Notes: generated from the sequence alone by a model not told the origin. A DNA stretch of 64,000 nucleotides from Malacoraja senta (GCA_038087875.1 JAXLNO010000709.1:124001-188000), one strand, 5' to 3'; counted from the first letter of the stretch, positions 36,430 through 49,572 are shown. Translations and numbers: made by a program.

Positions 36430-39400
36430 AAAGATGGCGCGGCCCTGTCCAGTCGCCGTCGTGGCAGCTCCGCGGAAACTGCGTATTTTTAACTTGCATG
36501 TTCTTTTTTAATTTATTTCTAAGTACCAAACTCCCTAGCACTAACAAAGTATGACAGGGAAACTCTCTTAAAACTAAACTCTAGCGTAAACGGAGACTTT
36601 TTAAACGCTGTACTCACCGATCCAGCGTGGCCAGCTGAGATCAACAGAGCGCACCACGGCAAGAACAATGGGAGCGCGGCTCCAAGGAAAACCCGGAGAA
36701 AACATCGGGGTAAGAGGGGGGGGGATTCTGACTAGGCTGAGAGCCCAAGCCTTTCGTCCTCCTTTGCCCAGCATTCTTCTGGCGGACGCCCAGTCCCTGG
36801 AAAACAAGCTGGATGACCTCAGGGCGAGGATCAGATTCTAGCGGGACATAAGGGACTGCAACATCCTCTGCCTGATCGAAACATGGCTGACCTCACTGTT
36901 GCCAGATCAGGTAATCTGCCCAACCGAGTCCTTCACTGTCCACCGTGCTGACAGAACAGAAGAATCTGGGAAATCCAAGGGTGGAGGAGTCTGCTTCATA
37001 ACCAATAACAACTGGTGCAACCCTGGAAATATCAAGACACTTTCCCGTTCATGCTCGGTGGACCTGGATCATCTAACGATCTCATGCCGCCCATTCTACC
37101 TTCCCCGGGAGTTCGGCTCAGTGATCATCACAGCCGTCTACATTCCACCACATGCGGACACAGAAGTGGCACTATTGGCCCTACACGATGTGTTATGTCG
37201 ACATCAAAACAAGAACCCGGATGCGGCTATGGTGGTGGCTGGAGATTTTAATAAATCAAATCTCAAGAAGGTCATGCCGAACTTCTACCAACACATCACG
37301 TGTGCCACCAGGGGGGAAAGAACATTGGACCATTGCTATACGCCGTTCCGGAAGGGCTACAAGGCTGTTTCACTCCCTCCCTTAGGAAAATCTGACCACG
37401 CTGCCATTTTCCTGCTGCCGGAGTATAAACAGAGGATAGTTCGGGAAGCGGCAGTGACGAGGGACGTAAAGCGGTGGTCCGACCAGTCAGAGGCCATGCT
37501 GCAAGATGCACTGACAGATGTCGACAGGAATATGTTCCAAGCAAGTTCCAGTGATGTCAGTGAGTTCGCGGAAGTGGTCATGGACTTTATCGCAACAATA
37601 GCTGATAACATCGTCCCCACGGTAAGGGTTAGCACCTTTCCGAATCAAAAACCCTGGGTGGACAGGTCCGTTTGCGTTCCCTTGAATGCTCGCACCGCTG
37701 CTTACAACTCCGGCCTGGCATCCGGCAATATGGACGACTACAAGGCAGAGTCCTACCGACTGCGAAGGGCGGTGAAGGACGCAAAAATGAGGTACAGGGA
37801 CAAGATGGAGTCACAGATGGAGCAGCGGGACACCAGATGCCTGTGGCAGGGGCTACGGACTGTAACCAACTACCGGAGTAGCTCCCCCTCAACCGGAAGT
37901 GCCGGCACCTCCCTAGCTGATGACCTGAACTCTTTCTACGCTAGTTTTAAGACGGGCAACGTCACCCCAGGCTTGCCGGCTAACGACAACACTGCCCGCG
38001 TGCTGGCTAACGAAGTTGGAGGGAGGTCCATCGCTGGTGATGTGCACACATTCTCGTTGTCCGAGCACGACGTGAGGAGGGCTCTGACACGTGTGTACAC
38101 GAGGAAAGCTGTAGGCCCAGATGGCATCTCGGGGCGAGTACTTAAGTCTTGTGCTACGCAGCTAGCTCCGGTGCTCACTACAATATTCAACCTCTCCCTG
38201 GACAAGTCCGTGGTCCCCGTCTCCTTCAAAAGATCCATCATTGTACCTGTACCAAAAAATGCCTCCCCAGCTTGTCTGAATGACTACCGTCCGGTAACCC
38301 TCACCTCGGTAGTCATGAAATGCTTTGAGAGATTGGTCAAGAAACACATCTGCGCCTTCCTCCCTCGCAACATGGACCCGCTATAATTCGCATACTGTCC
38401 GAACAGATCCACGGACGATGCGGTCTCCCAGGTTTTGCACACCGCTCTCTCTCACCTTGACAGCCAGAAGGGGGGCTATGTGAGGATGCTGTTCATAGAC
38501 TTCAGTTCAGCCTTCAACACGATAGTCCCCACCAGACTGGCTGAGAAGCTGCTGGAATTGGGGCTCAACACCCCCCTGTGTGCCTGGGTCCTGGACTTTC
38601 TCACCGCCAGGCCCCAGATAGTCAAGATGGGAGGAAATACATCGAAGTCCCTCACTCTGAGCACAGGATCCCCCCAGGGTTGTGTCCTCAGCCCCCTACT
38701 GTACTCCCTGTACACACATGACTGTGTGGCTAGGTTCAGCTCCAACTCTATAATCAAGTTTGCTGATGACACTGTGTGGTGGGCCTGATCTCCGATAACG
38801 ATGAGAAGGCCTACCGGGAGGAGGTGACTGATCTGGCACTCTGGTGTCAGGACAACAGCCTTCTCTTGAATGTCAAAAAAACTAAGGAGCTGATTGTGGA
38901 CTTTAGGAGGGCACAACATCCGAGGACGTACACACCATTGAAGATAAATGGGGATACTGTGGATAGGGTGAGCTGCTTTAAATACCTGGGAGTCCACATC
39001 ACAGAGGATCTGACATGGACATCACACGCTGCCGCACAGGTGAGTAAGGCAAGGCAGCGCCTTTACCACCTCAGGCAATTGAGGAAATTCAGAGTGTCTC
39101 TGAGGATCCTCCAGTGCTTCTACTCAGCGGCTGTGGAAAGCATCTTGTCTGGAAACATCACAATTTGGTTTGGAAACTGCTCTGCCCAGGACAAGAAGGC
39201 TCTGCAGAGAGTAGTGCGTTCGGCTGAACGCACTATGGGAACTACACTCGCCCCCCTACAGGAACTATACATCAGAAGGTGCAAATCCAGAGCCAACAAG
39301 ATAATGGGAGACCCCTTCCACCCCAGCAACAGACTGTTCCAGCTGCCACGGTCAGGCAAACGTTGCCATGCTGTGAAAACAGAGAGGATGAGAAGGAGTT

Positions 39401-39500
39401 TCTTCCCAGAGGCCATTAGGACTGTAAACTCCTATCTCACCAGGGACTAACTTACTGTCCCAATTTACTGTTGTGTGGTGTCTTTTTAAATTGCTGTTTC
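36430..39500 (+). mobile_element. Near-full-length Rex1/Babar LINE (AP endonuclease + RT), inactivated
   Basis: Starts AAGATGGCG. EN motifs ETWL, AVYIPP, AGDFN, TLDHCY, GKSDH; RT motifs [35 protein letters not shown]. Stops at about 36838 and 38384, frameshift at about 38776, terminal stop at 39450. Confidence 0.92.
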
Positions 39501-39533
39501 TTATTTTTTTAAACTATTTTCAATAGCTTTATC

Positions 39534-40328
39534 CAGGCACGGAAATCGCTATCAATATATGGGGACCGGGGGACAGGGGGGACACAATTTTTTGGCGGCC
39601 GCGCGCGCATGCGCACACTCTCACTCACACGCGAGGCGTCGGAGGCTCAATCCAGCGCTAAATGCAGCTCAACTCTGCCTGTCTCGTCGGGATAACCTAC
39701 AGTTCTGCCTGGACTGATGGGACACCAGCGCTGCTTCTCCATGCTGGCTGTAAACCTGAGCCATATTTCCCGCAAGTCCACGCGGGCTGGTGGTTAACCT
39801 GGCGGGACAGGCAGAGTTGAGCTGGGTTTAGCGCTGCTTCTCTGCACTGGCTGTGGGCCTGGAGGCACAGGTCCCGTCTGACTCCCGACATCTCTGGCTT
39901 CCCCCGGGGGGGGCACTCGAGTGGGGACGGGGACGGTTCAGTGGCAGTTCGGCAGCGATTGCAGCGCCGGGGTCCGGGATCGATCCTGGCTGCGGAAGAG
40001 GCGCAGGTCTGTGTCCAGGGCTGCCGAGAGTGTTTTGGCACGTCTCCCTCCTCCAATCACTGTGCTCTATCCTCAGTCCCACACCTCCCTCCTCCAATGA
40101 TCGCGCTGAATCATCATGTCCCGCCCACATTGCCTGCTGACCGACCTCTGTCTCGTCCAATCGGCGCCCTCGATCAGCAGTCCCATCCCCACTGTCTCGC
40201 GGAAAGCGGAGATTTCACCGGGTTTTAAAATCCGGTTACAAAAAATGGGGGGGGGGATCGTCCCCCACCTCTCAAAACAGGGGGGGGGGGACGTGTGTCC
40301 CCTGGCCCCCCCAGGATTACCGCCCCAG
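39534..40328. mobile_element. Non-autonomous hAT-like element (795 bp, GC-rich)
   Basis: Flanks GCTTTATC (39526-33) and GCTTTATA (40329-36) form an 8-bp TSD with one mismatch. Imperfect TIR CAGGCACGGAAATC / GATTACCGCCCCAG; sub-terminal GGGGAC/GTCCCC repeats. Confidence 0.65.
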
Positions 40329-40627
40329 GCTTTATATGATTGTTTACTCAGTCAACCAACTGAGCTCCAAAGTTAAATTTTGGATTTTAGACCATTCTTT
40401 TGTATTTGTTTTTAGTTATATTAAGTTGGACTCTATACAACAGTGGAACGTTTGATAGTCGATGCAGTGAGCACAGTACTGGCTTATTAATGCATTTAGA
40501 ATCTAAATGCATAATTATCATGCGGCCTTAATAATTTGAGCCATTATGTAGTAGTTTTTTTGGGCAAATCTGCAAATTATTAGAAAAAATTGTTTTCCTG
40601 TTGATTTAAAAAAAAATTAAGTTCTGA

Positions 40628-40924
<297 letters not shown>

Positions 40925-41357
40925 TGATTCTGGTAAAAGCAAAGAAACAAAACAAACACTGCCCTACATCTGAGTGGTGATCTCCCCCCCACTGTCTCCA
41001 ACTTCATGCTTCCCCAGCCCCTTAGTGCCCATTTCTATCTCCTTCCCAAAATCTGCAAACGGGACTGCCCTGGCAGACCCATTGTTTCTGCCTGCTCCTG
41101 CCACACTGAACTCATCCCCAAAAACCATGATTCTATCATATACCCCCATGTCCAGTCCTTTCCAACCGACATCCGAGACACCTCACATGTTCTTCAAAAA
41201 TTCAATAACTTTGAATTCCTAGACCTCCATTGCCTCATCTTTACCATGAACATCCTGCCCCTTTACACCTACATTCCCCAAGGAAGATCTCAGGGCCCTC
41301 TGGTTATTCCTTGAACAGAGACCCAATCATTTCCCTCTACCAACACCCTCTCTGCCT

Positions 41358-42985
41358 GGGCGGCACGGTGGCACAGCGTTAGAGTTGCTGCCTTTCAGCG
41401 CTTACAACGCCATAGATCCAGGTTCGATCCCGACTACGTGTGCATTCTGTACGGAGTTTGAACGTTCTCCCTATGACCACGTGGGTTTTCTCCAAGATCT
41501 TCAGTTTCCTCCCACACTGTAAAGACATACAGGTTTGTAGGTTAATTGGTTTGGTATAAATTGTCCCTAGTGTGAGTTGGATAGTGTTAATGTGCGGGGA
41601 TTACAGACAATAGACAATAGGTGCAGGAGTAGGCCATTCGGCCCTTCGAGCCAGCACCGCCATTCAATATGATCATGGCTGATCATCCCAAATCAGTACC
41701 CCATTCCTGCCTTCTCGCCATATGCCATGACTCCACTATCTTTAAGAGCTCTATCTAACTCTCTCTTGAAAGCATCCAGAGAATTGGCCTCCACTGCCTT
41801 CTGAAGCAGCGAATCCCACAGATTCACAACTCTCTGTGTTAAAACGTTTTTCGTCATCTCCGTTCTAAATGGCTTACCCCTTATTCTTAAACTGTAGCCC
41901 CTGGTTCTGGACTCCCCCAACATCGGGAACATGTTTCCTGCCTCTATCGTGCCCAAACCCTTAATAATCTTATGTTTCAATAAGATCGCCTCTCATCCTT
42001 CTAAATTCCAGAATATACAAGCCCAGCCGCTCCATTCTATCAACATATGACAGTCCTATCATCCCAGGAACCTCGTGAACCTATGCTGCACTCCTTCAAT
42101 AGCAAGAATGTCCTTCCTCAAATTTGGAGACCAAAACTGCACACAATACTGCACAGGTGTGGTCTCACTAGGGCCCTGTACAACTGCAGAAGGACCTCTT
42201 TGCTCCTATACTCAACTCCTCTTGTTATGAAGGCCAACATGCCATTTGCTTTCTTCACTGCCTGCTGTACCTGCATGCTTACTTTCAATGAAATGATGAT
42301 GAACAAGGACCCCCAGATCTCATAGTACTTCCCCTTTCCCCAATGTGACACCACTCAGATAATAATCTGCCTTCCTGTTTTTGCCACCAAAGTGGATAAC
42401 CTCACATTTAATCACATTAAACTGCATCTGCCCACTCACCCAACCTGTCTATGTCACCCTGCATCATCATAGCATCCTCCTCACAGTTCACACTGCCGCC
42501 CAGCTTTGTGTCATCTGCAAATTTGCTAATGTTACTTTTAATCCCTTCATCTAAATCATTTATGTGTATTGTTAATGGCTGTGGTTCCAGCACCGAGCCT
42601 TGCGGTAGCCCACTAGTCACTGCCTGCCATTCTGAAAGGGACCCGTTAATCCCTATTCTTTGTTTCCTGTCTGCCAACCAATTTTCTATCCATGTCAGTA
42701 CCCTACCCCCAATACCATATGCTCTAATTTTGCCCATTAATCTCCTATGTGGGATCTTATCAAATGCTTTCTGAAAGTCCAGGTACACTGCATCCACTGG
42801 CTCTCCCTTGTCCATTTTCCTAGTTACATCCTCAAAAAAATTCCAGAAGATTAGTTAAGCATGATTTCCCCTTTGTAAATCCATGCTGACTCGGACCGAT
42901 CCTGTTACATCTTTTATAATTTATTGCTGGTCAATGCGGATTCGGTGGGGCGAAGGGCCTGTTTCCGCGCTGTATCTCTATAAAA
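41358..42985 (+). mobile_element. HE1/V-SINE-like SINE split by CR1 (41358-41602 and about 42923-42985)
   Basis: GGGCGGCACGGTGGCACAGCG...TGTGCGGGGATT | insert | TTGCTGGTCAATGCGGATTCGGTGGG...GCTGTATCTCTA. Confidence 0.88.
41604..42920 (-). mobile_element. CR1 LINE fragment (RT to tail)
   Basis: [56 protein letters not shown] tail. Confidence 0.95.
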
Positions 42986-44689
42986 ATAAAAACCTTGTCT
43001 TCGCCCTCAACAACTTCTCTTTTGACTGCTCTCTCACTTGCTTCAAGCTAAAAATGTAGCCATGGGCATTTGCAAGGCTCCAGCTATGCCTGCCTTTTTG
43101 TTGGTTATGTCGAATAGTCTTTGTCCCAAATGTACACTGGCACCAGCCCCCAACTCTTTGTCTGCTACATTGATGTGTGCATCGGGTCTGCCTCCTGCAC
43201 CCTTGCAAAACCCATTGATTTCATCAACTTTATCACTAACTTCCACCCTGCACATAAATTCACTTTGACTATCTCTGACCACTCTCTCCCCTTTCTCCAT
43301 CTCTGTCTCCATCAACTAGAACAAACTACTGACTATCGACAGAGGGTAGTTGATCTGTGGAACTCATTGCCACAGAGGGCTGTGGAGGCCAAGTCAGTGG
43401 ATATTTTTAAGGCAGAGATAGACAAATTCATGATGCGAATGGGTGGCGAGGGTCATGGGGAGAGGCACAAAAATGGGATAAGGAGGTAGAGATCAGCCAT
43501 GATTGAATGGCGGAGTAGACTCGATGGGCCGAATGGCCTAATTCTACTCCTATAAGGTGAACTTGTGACTGGTATCTACCAGAAATCCACTGTCTCCCAC
43601 AGTTATCGGGACTACACCTCCCACCCTGTCTCGTGCAAAGATGCCGCACCCTACCCACAATTTCTTCATCTCTGCCGCATTTGCGTCCAAGATAAGGCTT
43701 TCCCCGCTTGGACATCTGAGGTCCTCCTCCTTTAGTAAACATGGTTATCACAGATGGAACCCTCACCTGTGTCTTCTCTGTGTCCAGTGGTTCTGCTCTT
43801 GCAACACCCCAGACAGAACAAGGATAGAGCTCCCCAGGTGTTTACCTTTCAACCCACCAGCTCCTGCAGTTTAGACATCATTCTCTCACACTTCTGTCGC
43901 CTTCAATGTGATTCCATGATGAGTCACATCTTCCCAACCCTTTCTGCTTTCCTCAGAGATCACTCCTTCCACCATTTCTTCGTTCATCCCTCCCACCCAA
44001 ACCGCCCCCTCTCCAGGTACTTTCTCCCTGCAAACGCACAACAGAGCTGGAAACACTCAGCCGTGACACATCTCTGGAAAGAGAGGCAGGGTTAACATTT
44101 CAAGTCAAAGAAGAGAAAGAAGTCAATCACATCTTCATGTGCATTGTCAGATGTGCGAAACTCAAACTTATTGAACAAAGCAGGATGCTGCATTTGTTAA
44201 GTCTGCCATCAAAACCTCCTGTGGTGTCTAATAGCACAGCTCAATTTTCATGTGATAGGAGTAGAATTAGGCCATTCGACCCAACAAGACCCATTCAATC
44301 ATAGCTGATCTATCACTCCTAACTCCATTCTTCCGCCTACTCCCCATAACCCCTGACACCTGTAATAATGAAGAATCTATCTACCTCTGCCTTAAAAATG
44401 TACACTGGCTTGGCCTCCACAGCCTACTGTGGCAAAGAATTCCACAGATTCACCACCCTCTGACTGACTAGTGAAAACATCCTCTTCACATCCACTCTAT
44501 GCAAGCCTTTCACTAATCTGCTAAGGTTCCCCGTTCGAGTAGTTAAATTTGGGAGCTTGCACTTGCACCTGTGTTCCACTGATTTTTTTTCGTACATTGT
44601 AAGACTATGAGAGCAAAAGGGAAGCTTAAATAAAAGCAAAAAATGCAGGAAACGTTGAACAGATCCGACAGCATCTGTGGAAAGAGAAA

Positions 44690-44970
44690 CATAGCATGAA
44701 ACAGTGTGAAAACAGGCCCCACGGCCCAACTTGCCCACACCGGCCAACGTGCCCCAGCTCCACTAATCCCAGCTACACTAGTCCCACCTCCTCTGGCAAC
44801 TTGTTCCATACCACCACCACCCTTGGTGTGAAAAAAGTTACCGGTCAGATTCCTATTAAATCTTTTCCCCTTCACCTTAAACCTATGTCCTCTGGTCCTC
44901 GATTCACCTACTCTGGGCAAGAGATTTTGTGCATCTACCTGATCTATTCCTTTCATGGTTTTATACACAT
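44690..44970 (-). mobile_element. CR1 LINE 3' fragment
   Basis: YKTMKGIDQVDAQNLLPRVGESRTRGHRFKVKG. Confidence 0.85.
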
Positions 44971-45618
44971 GAATAACATTTCAGCTGGAAAACCCTTCAT
45001 CAGAACTGAAAAGCAGAAAAAAATGATTTACTTTTATGGGTGAGGAAGGGATAGATAGGAAAAGGATCTCTGATGCAGTGAGTCCAGAAATGGAATGGGG
45101 ATATGTTGTTATTAAGCTAACTGGTTCCAACATGAATGAAGACAGTTGGTGAGGGAGAATGCAAACAAGGGGACATGTAAATGCTGTGGAATATAGGTAA
45201 AATTTGTAGGAATTACCCAACTAATTGGGCATTGTGAATGGAAAGGGGAAAACTGTGTTTGTATTACAAACGGCTAATCTAGAAGAGAATGGATATGGCA
45301 TAGATAGCCATCTGATTATTTGTGCTTTCCATTTTGAAAGCATTTACATTTGTCTTGATATAAACTTAGCCTTTACATTGCACGGTAGCCAAGTTATTAC
45401 GTGTACTTTCTGTGAAGTAAGCTGTGAAGGCTAGCTCTCTTTATATAGATTTAATATTTTGCTTTCTTTGAGCATGTTACTTGAATCTGAAAAAGTAAGT
45501 TGGTGCACTTGGGTTTTTTCACTACAAAATATCATGGCTTAGCATAACCTTGTTTAAGTACATGATTGGGTGGTGGGTATATGGAACTAGTACCTTAGAG
45601 GTGCCAGGGGACATAGTT

Positions 45619-46651
45619 TAGCAATGTTACAAAATTTTGAGATTTTAAAAATAAAGTCTGCAATTTATCCCATCAGATAAAGCATAAAAAGAAGTTTAAT
45701 TTGACACCTAATTCACTTTCATATCTTCAGTATTAAAAAGGTTGTGGCCATTTTCATACTCGGAAATTAGCATCTTGTTCCCTATTGCTTTTCCATTGAC
45801 AACACAAAAGCTGTGATCGAGGACAGTCAAAAGCCCATAACTTTCTTAAAGATTAAGAGAACTGAAAGAAATTTTCAGTTATTATAGATTGAAGCATTCT
45901 GAAACAAATATGAAACAATCTTACTTAGATGACATGAAATTAAAGCATATAATTAGTTAGTTACCTAATTGTAGCTAATTACAAAATTCAATTACTAGAT
46001 CTAAACATCTATCAATTTCTTAAGAATAGATTAACATTTTTAAATAGCCTAAGTAACATTCACACAAGAATTCACAATATAACATAATTTTTAAATCTCA
46101 TTGTCATGGATTTACAGGCCAAATGGAAGGAATTGAATATTTAATACCTGTAAATTAATGGCCATTTAAATCATTTTGCGAGTGAGGTTTTCTGGAACGC
46201 GATCATTTGGAACGTTGATTTGCGGTGAATTTAACCCCGTATCGGCATGAAAAATTCTGCCGTTAGTTCGGGGAAAAGAATCACCGTTTCGCATTAAAAA
46301 ATATGAATTAAAGGCTTCTTAAGAAGCACTTTTATACATTAAAATAAACTACTTTCGTTTACCTGTCCCGTGTGTGAAATCCGTCCCCGTTGTCGGCGTT
46401 GACGGCTTTCGAAGCTGATTTTAAAAGAACTCCAGCGCTGACATTGTCGATTTAATAAAAATAAAAAATACACAAAACGCCCGTAGGAACGATTTTTCAG
46501 TAAACGCTTGTACTCCAACGAAATATAATACAGGACAAGGTAGGAGAAACCCGCGTTTTAACCCCGCCCCCCCCTTAAAGGCGCCAAAATCGCGCACACG
46601 GCCAGAGGCAGAATTGCAGCGCCGCTGAAGGTAAGTATTGTAACATACCTA
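45619..46651. mobile_element. Non-autonomous TIR DNA transposon (1033 bp), possibly hAT, inserted in a CR1 tail
   Basis: CATAGTT|TAGCAATGTTACAA ... TTGTAACATACCTA|CATAGTT: 14-bp TIR (12/14). Removing it restores the CR1-like GTGCCAGGGGACATAGTTGAGACTGGTACT. Confidence 0.85.
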
Positions 46652-46836
46652 CATAGTTGAGACTGGTACTATAATAATATTTAAAAGGCATTGGGTTAGG
46701 TACATGGATGGGAAAGGTTTAGAGGTTTATGGGCCAATCCTGGGTAGTTGGGACTCGTGTAGATGGGACATCTTGGTCGGCATGGACAAGTTGGGCCGAA
46801 GGACCTGTTTCCTTGCTGTATGACTATGATTGGATG

Positions 46837-47067
46837 TGTCGGAAGGAACTGCAGATGCTGGTTTACACCAAAGGTAGGCACAAAATGTTGGAATAATTCA
46901 GCAGGACAGCATCTCTGGAGAGAAGGAATGGGTGACGTTTCAGATCGAGACCCTTCTTCAGGCTCAAGAATAGTCTGGAAGAACGGTCTTGACCCGAAAT
47001 GTCACCCATTCCTTCTCTCCAGAGATGCTGCCTGTCCCGCAGAGTTACTCCAGCATTTTGTGTCTAT
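46837..47067. mobile_element. Hairpin pLTR-derived element with 13-bp TSD, 140 nt upstream of an XRCC4 exon
   Basis: CTATGATTGGATG (46824-36) and CTATGGTTGGATG (47068-80); inverted arms. Confidence 0.88.
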
Positions 47068-47207
47068 CTATGGTTGGATGCACTGATTATGATTACATTG
47101 AGCAGAGCCATAACGAGGTTCGATAAAATGCTTTTTTTAAGGCATCGTAAATTTCAAGAACAGTGATTATGGGTAAACAAATTATTTCTGTGGATTTCCC
47201 CCTTTAG

Positions 47208-47338
47208 GAGTGCAGTTGCCACCAGCCAGGAAACTCCATTGTTAACCAAGGAAGATTTTGATTGCAACACTGATGAAGAGCTCAAAGGCCATACTTCTGA
47301 AACTAGAAGCTTGGCACAACCTTCCAAGTCAGCCATTG
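47208..47338 (+). CDS. XRCC4: XRCC4 internal coding exon (C-terminal tail with acidic TDEE motif), 131 nt; not in the ORF track
   Basis: Acceptor tttccccctttAG (47206-07), donor GTaagt (47339). In the phase set by the previous exon it reads (R)SAVATSQETPLLTKEDFDCNTDEELKGHTSETRSLAQPSKSAI with no stop. FDCNTDEE aligns to human YDESTDEE. Confidence 0.88.
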
Positions 47339-48139
47339 GTAAGTAGATATACTTTAAATTTAGCATAGAGACAAAAGCTCATTACAAATCCGGGCAGTCC
47401 ACAATGAAGCAGATTGGACTTTGATTAACAATTTATTTGCAAACATAATCAGCTTTTTCACATCAAACTGTATGGCTTTGAACTGAAAATATACATGAAA
47501 GATTCAAAATGAACGTTTAATTAAGCGAAACAGTAACATGAAAAAGGAGATAGCACAGTGGAAAATAATCTAATAAATAATTGTTTTCTGAGCCGCTTTA
47601 TTTGCTGGTTTGTCATGCTATTTTCTACATGTTTTCTTGATGGAGTAGAGCTGTCATTTTATTGGTGTGTCAGAAAAGCCTTTCCCTCACTGTTATTTCA
47701 GTCTGGAAAATGATGCACTAAACACACATCTTAGAGCTAATTGTTGGAACAAAGTATTTCAAATTAACCTGACAAGAAATGCAAGTTCACTTCATTATTT
47801 CAATTATAAAAATCATTAGTTACAAAGTCAAACTTTAATTTCATCATTTCTCTTAAGTGTGTTGAAGATAAAAAGTGTTGAAGATAAAAAAAATTAGATA
47901 TGCAAACTGAAGTTGCATCAGAAGCAGATGGAGATTTACATCTGTTGCTCTGAAAATCTTTGTATCAATGCCATCAAATAGTGACAGGGACCTGTGGTAA
48001 ATATCAACATATTTCTGTGACCGCCTGTCCCTGTTCACATGATCTAATAATATTAGTCATCTATCCTGGTATGCAGAAATAGCCAGGAAGAAATCCAGTG
48101 TTCTTGTTTCTTTTCATAGTTCATATTTCTCACTACATG

Positions 48140-48470
48140 GAATGAGACCATTTGACCCACCGAGTTTATGTCCACTGTCAGAGCAAGTCCATCAATTAAT
48201 TTCCCCCCACTGATTACCTTATAACCTATTCTCATATGGCCATCAACTTCAACCCTGATTTTCGCATCTCCTACTTACAGTAAGAGTAATTTATTAACCC
48301 ATCAGCCATGATGTCTTTACTATGTGGTAGGAAATTAAAGTATCTGAGAAAACTCATGCAGTTACAGGGAGAAAGTGCAAATTCACCACAGACAACACTG
48401 GATGTCAGGATTGAAATCGAGTGGATGGAGCTTGATGCAGTAACAGTACCTGCAATTCCCCTATGCCACC
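48140..48470 (-). mobile_element. Old diverged V-SINE-like copy
   Basis: ATGTCTTTACTATGTGGTAGGAAA...AAACTCATGCAGTTACAGGGAGAAAGTGCAAA..CACAGACA is a degenerate reverse of the SINE core. Confidence 0.65.
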
Positions 48471-49360
48471 CATCCATCATACAGTATAATCACTGACTGG
48501 TATCCACGTTGGCTCTTAAAAATACAATGTGCCAACAAATCAACAAATGCAGAATAACATCTGATAGCAGACCACCCTGGAGGTTCACCAGCATAATCCC
48601 ATTACTACGGTTTGAAAACCCTTGTTTTGTGTAAATTTTGCTCACAGTTGTTAGATTTTCAGTCTTTATGTGAACATTCTAGTTCTGTTATCTGATAATA
48701 GTTGCTGTGACTATCTGCTTAAATGCATAATTTTAATGACTCAACATTTCCTTTTGCTTAAAATGCAGCTTGTTGGATATAAATGTGATTATAATTGCTA
48801 TTTGTAATAAAATTATCTGTTCAATTGCCTGTGATTAATTAAGTTCTCCTCTGCAAATGTTTTTGTTTATAAACCTTGGCACAATAACAAAGAAGCTTTG
48901 CATTTAAGCACGACACAAAAGGAAAGTATTCAATATTGATGGATTATTAACCTGAGGTAAAAAAATTAACATATTTTTTCCTTGATGAATGCAGTCAGAG
49001 TGTAGGATGTGGATTCTTCACTCATGGCAAATTATTTAAATGCCATTGTTATGGATTAAAGCATTCAGTAAAATGTTGAGCACCTCCTTCTCCACATCTG
49101 ATGCTAGCTGAAACCAAGTATAAGGATCTTTTGTTTTGCTGGTCCTGGTATTGTGTCTGAAACTAATTTTACTTCTCGTTAAATGAGATAGATTGATACT
49201 GTGTTAAGATTTCTTGAGTGCCAACTCTACTCTTCTGGCTATTTTTGTGCATAGAAACATAATTTGGGAGTAGTGGGCCACTCAATCGCCCAATGGCTCC
49301 GCCATTTAAAAAAATCCTGATTGATCTGTCATCTTGTTGACCGAAGACCATCTGTCACCT

Positions 49361-49572
49361 GTGTAGGAAGGAACTGCAGATGCTGGTTTCAACCGAAGAT
49401 AAACACAAAATGCTGGAGTAACTCAGCGGGACAGGCAGCATCTCTGGAGAGAAGGAATGGGTGCTGTTTCGGGTCGAGACCCTTCTTTAGACCTTCGGGT
49501 CTCGACCTGAAACGTCACCTATTCCTTCTCTCCAGAGATGCTGCCTTTCCCTCCAGCATTTTGTGTCTATCT
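49361..49572. mobile_element. Hairpin pLTR-derived element
   Basis: GTGTAGGAAGGAACTGCAG...GGGTCGAGACCCTT / GGGTCTCGACCTGAAACGTCACC...TTTTGTGTCTATC. Confidence 0.85.

Larger units (their letters stand above)
40960..44030 (+). mobile_element. Penelope-like element RT relic, fragmented by nested insertions (segments about 40960-41357, 42990-43320, 43570-44030)
   Basis: FYLLPKICKRDCPGRPIVSACSCHTE, IRDTSH, LIFTMNILPLYTYIP, LNNFSFD, VAMG, CYIDVCIG (YIDD-like), RDYTSHP, RLRRI-like and AFLRDHS remnants. Confidence 0.85.

Noticed and set aside
39697..40376. Overlapping ORFs on both strands
   Set aside because: By-product of the GC-rich interior of the hAT-like element; no recognisable protein.
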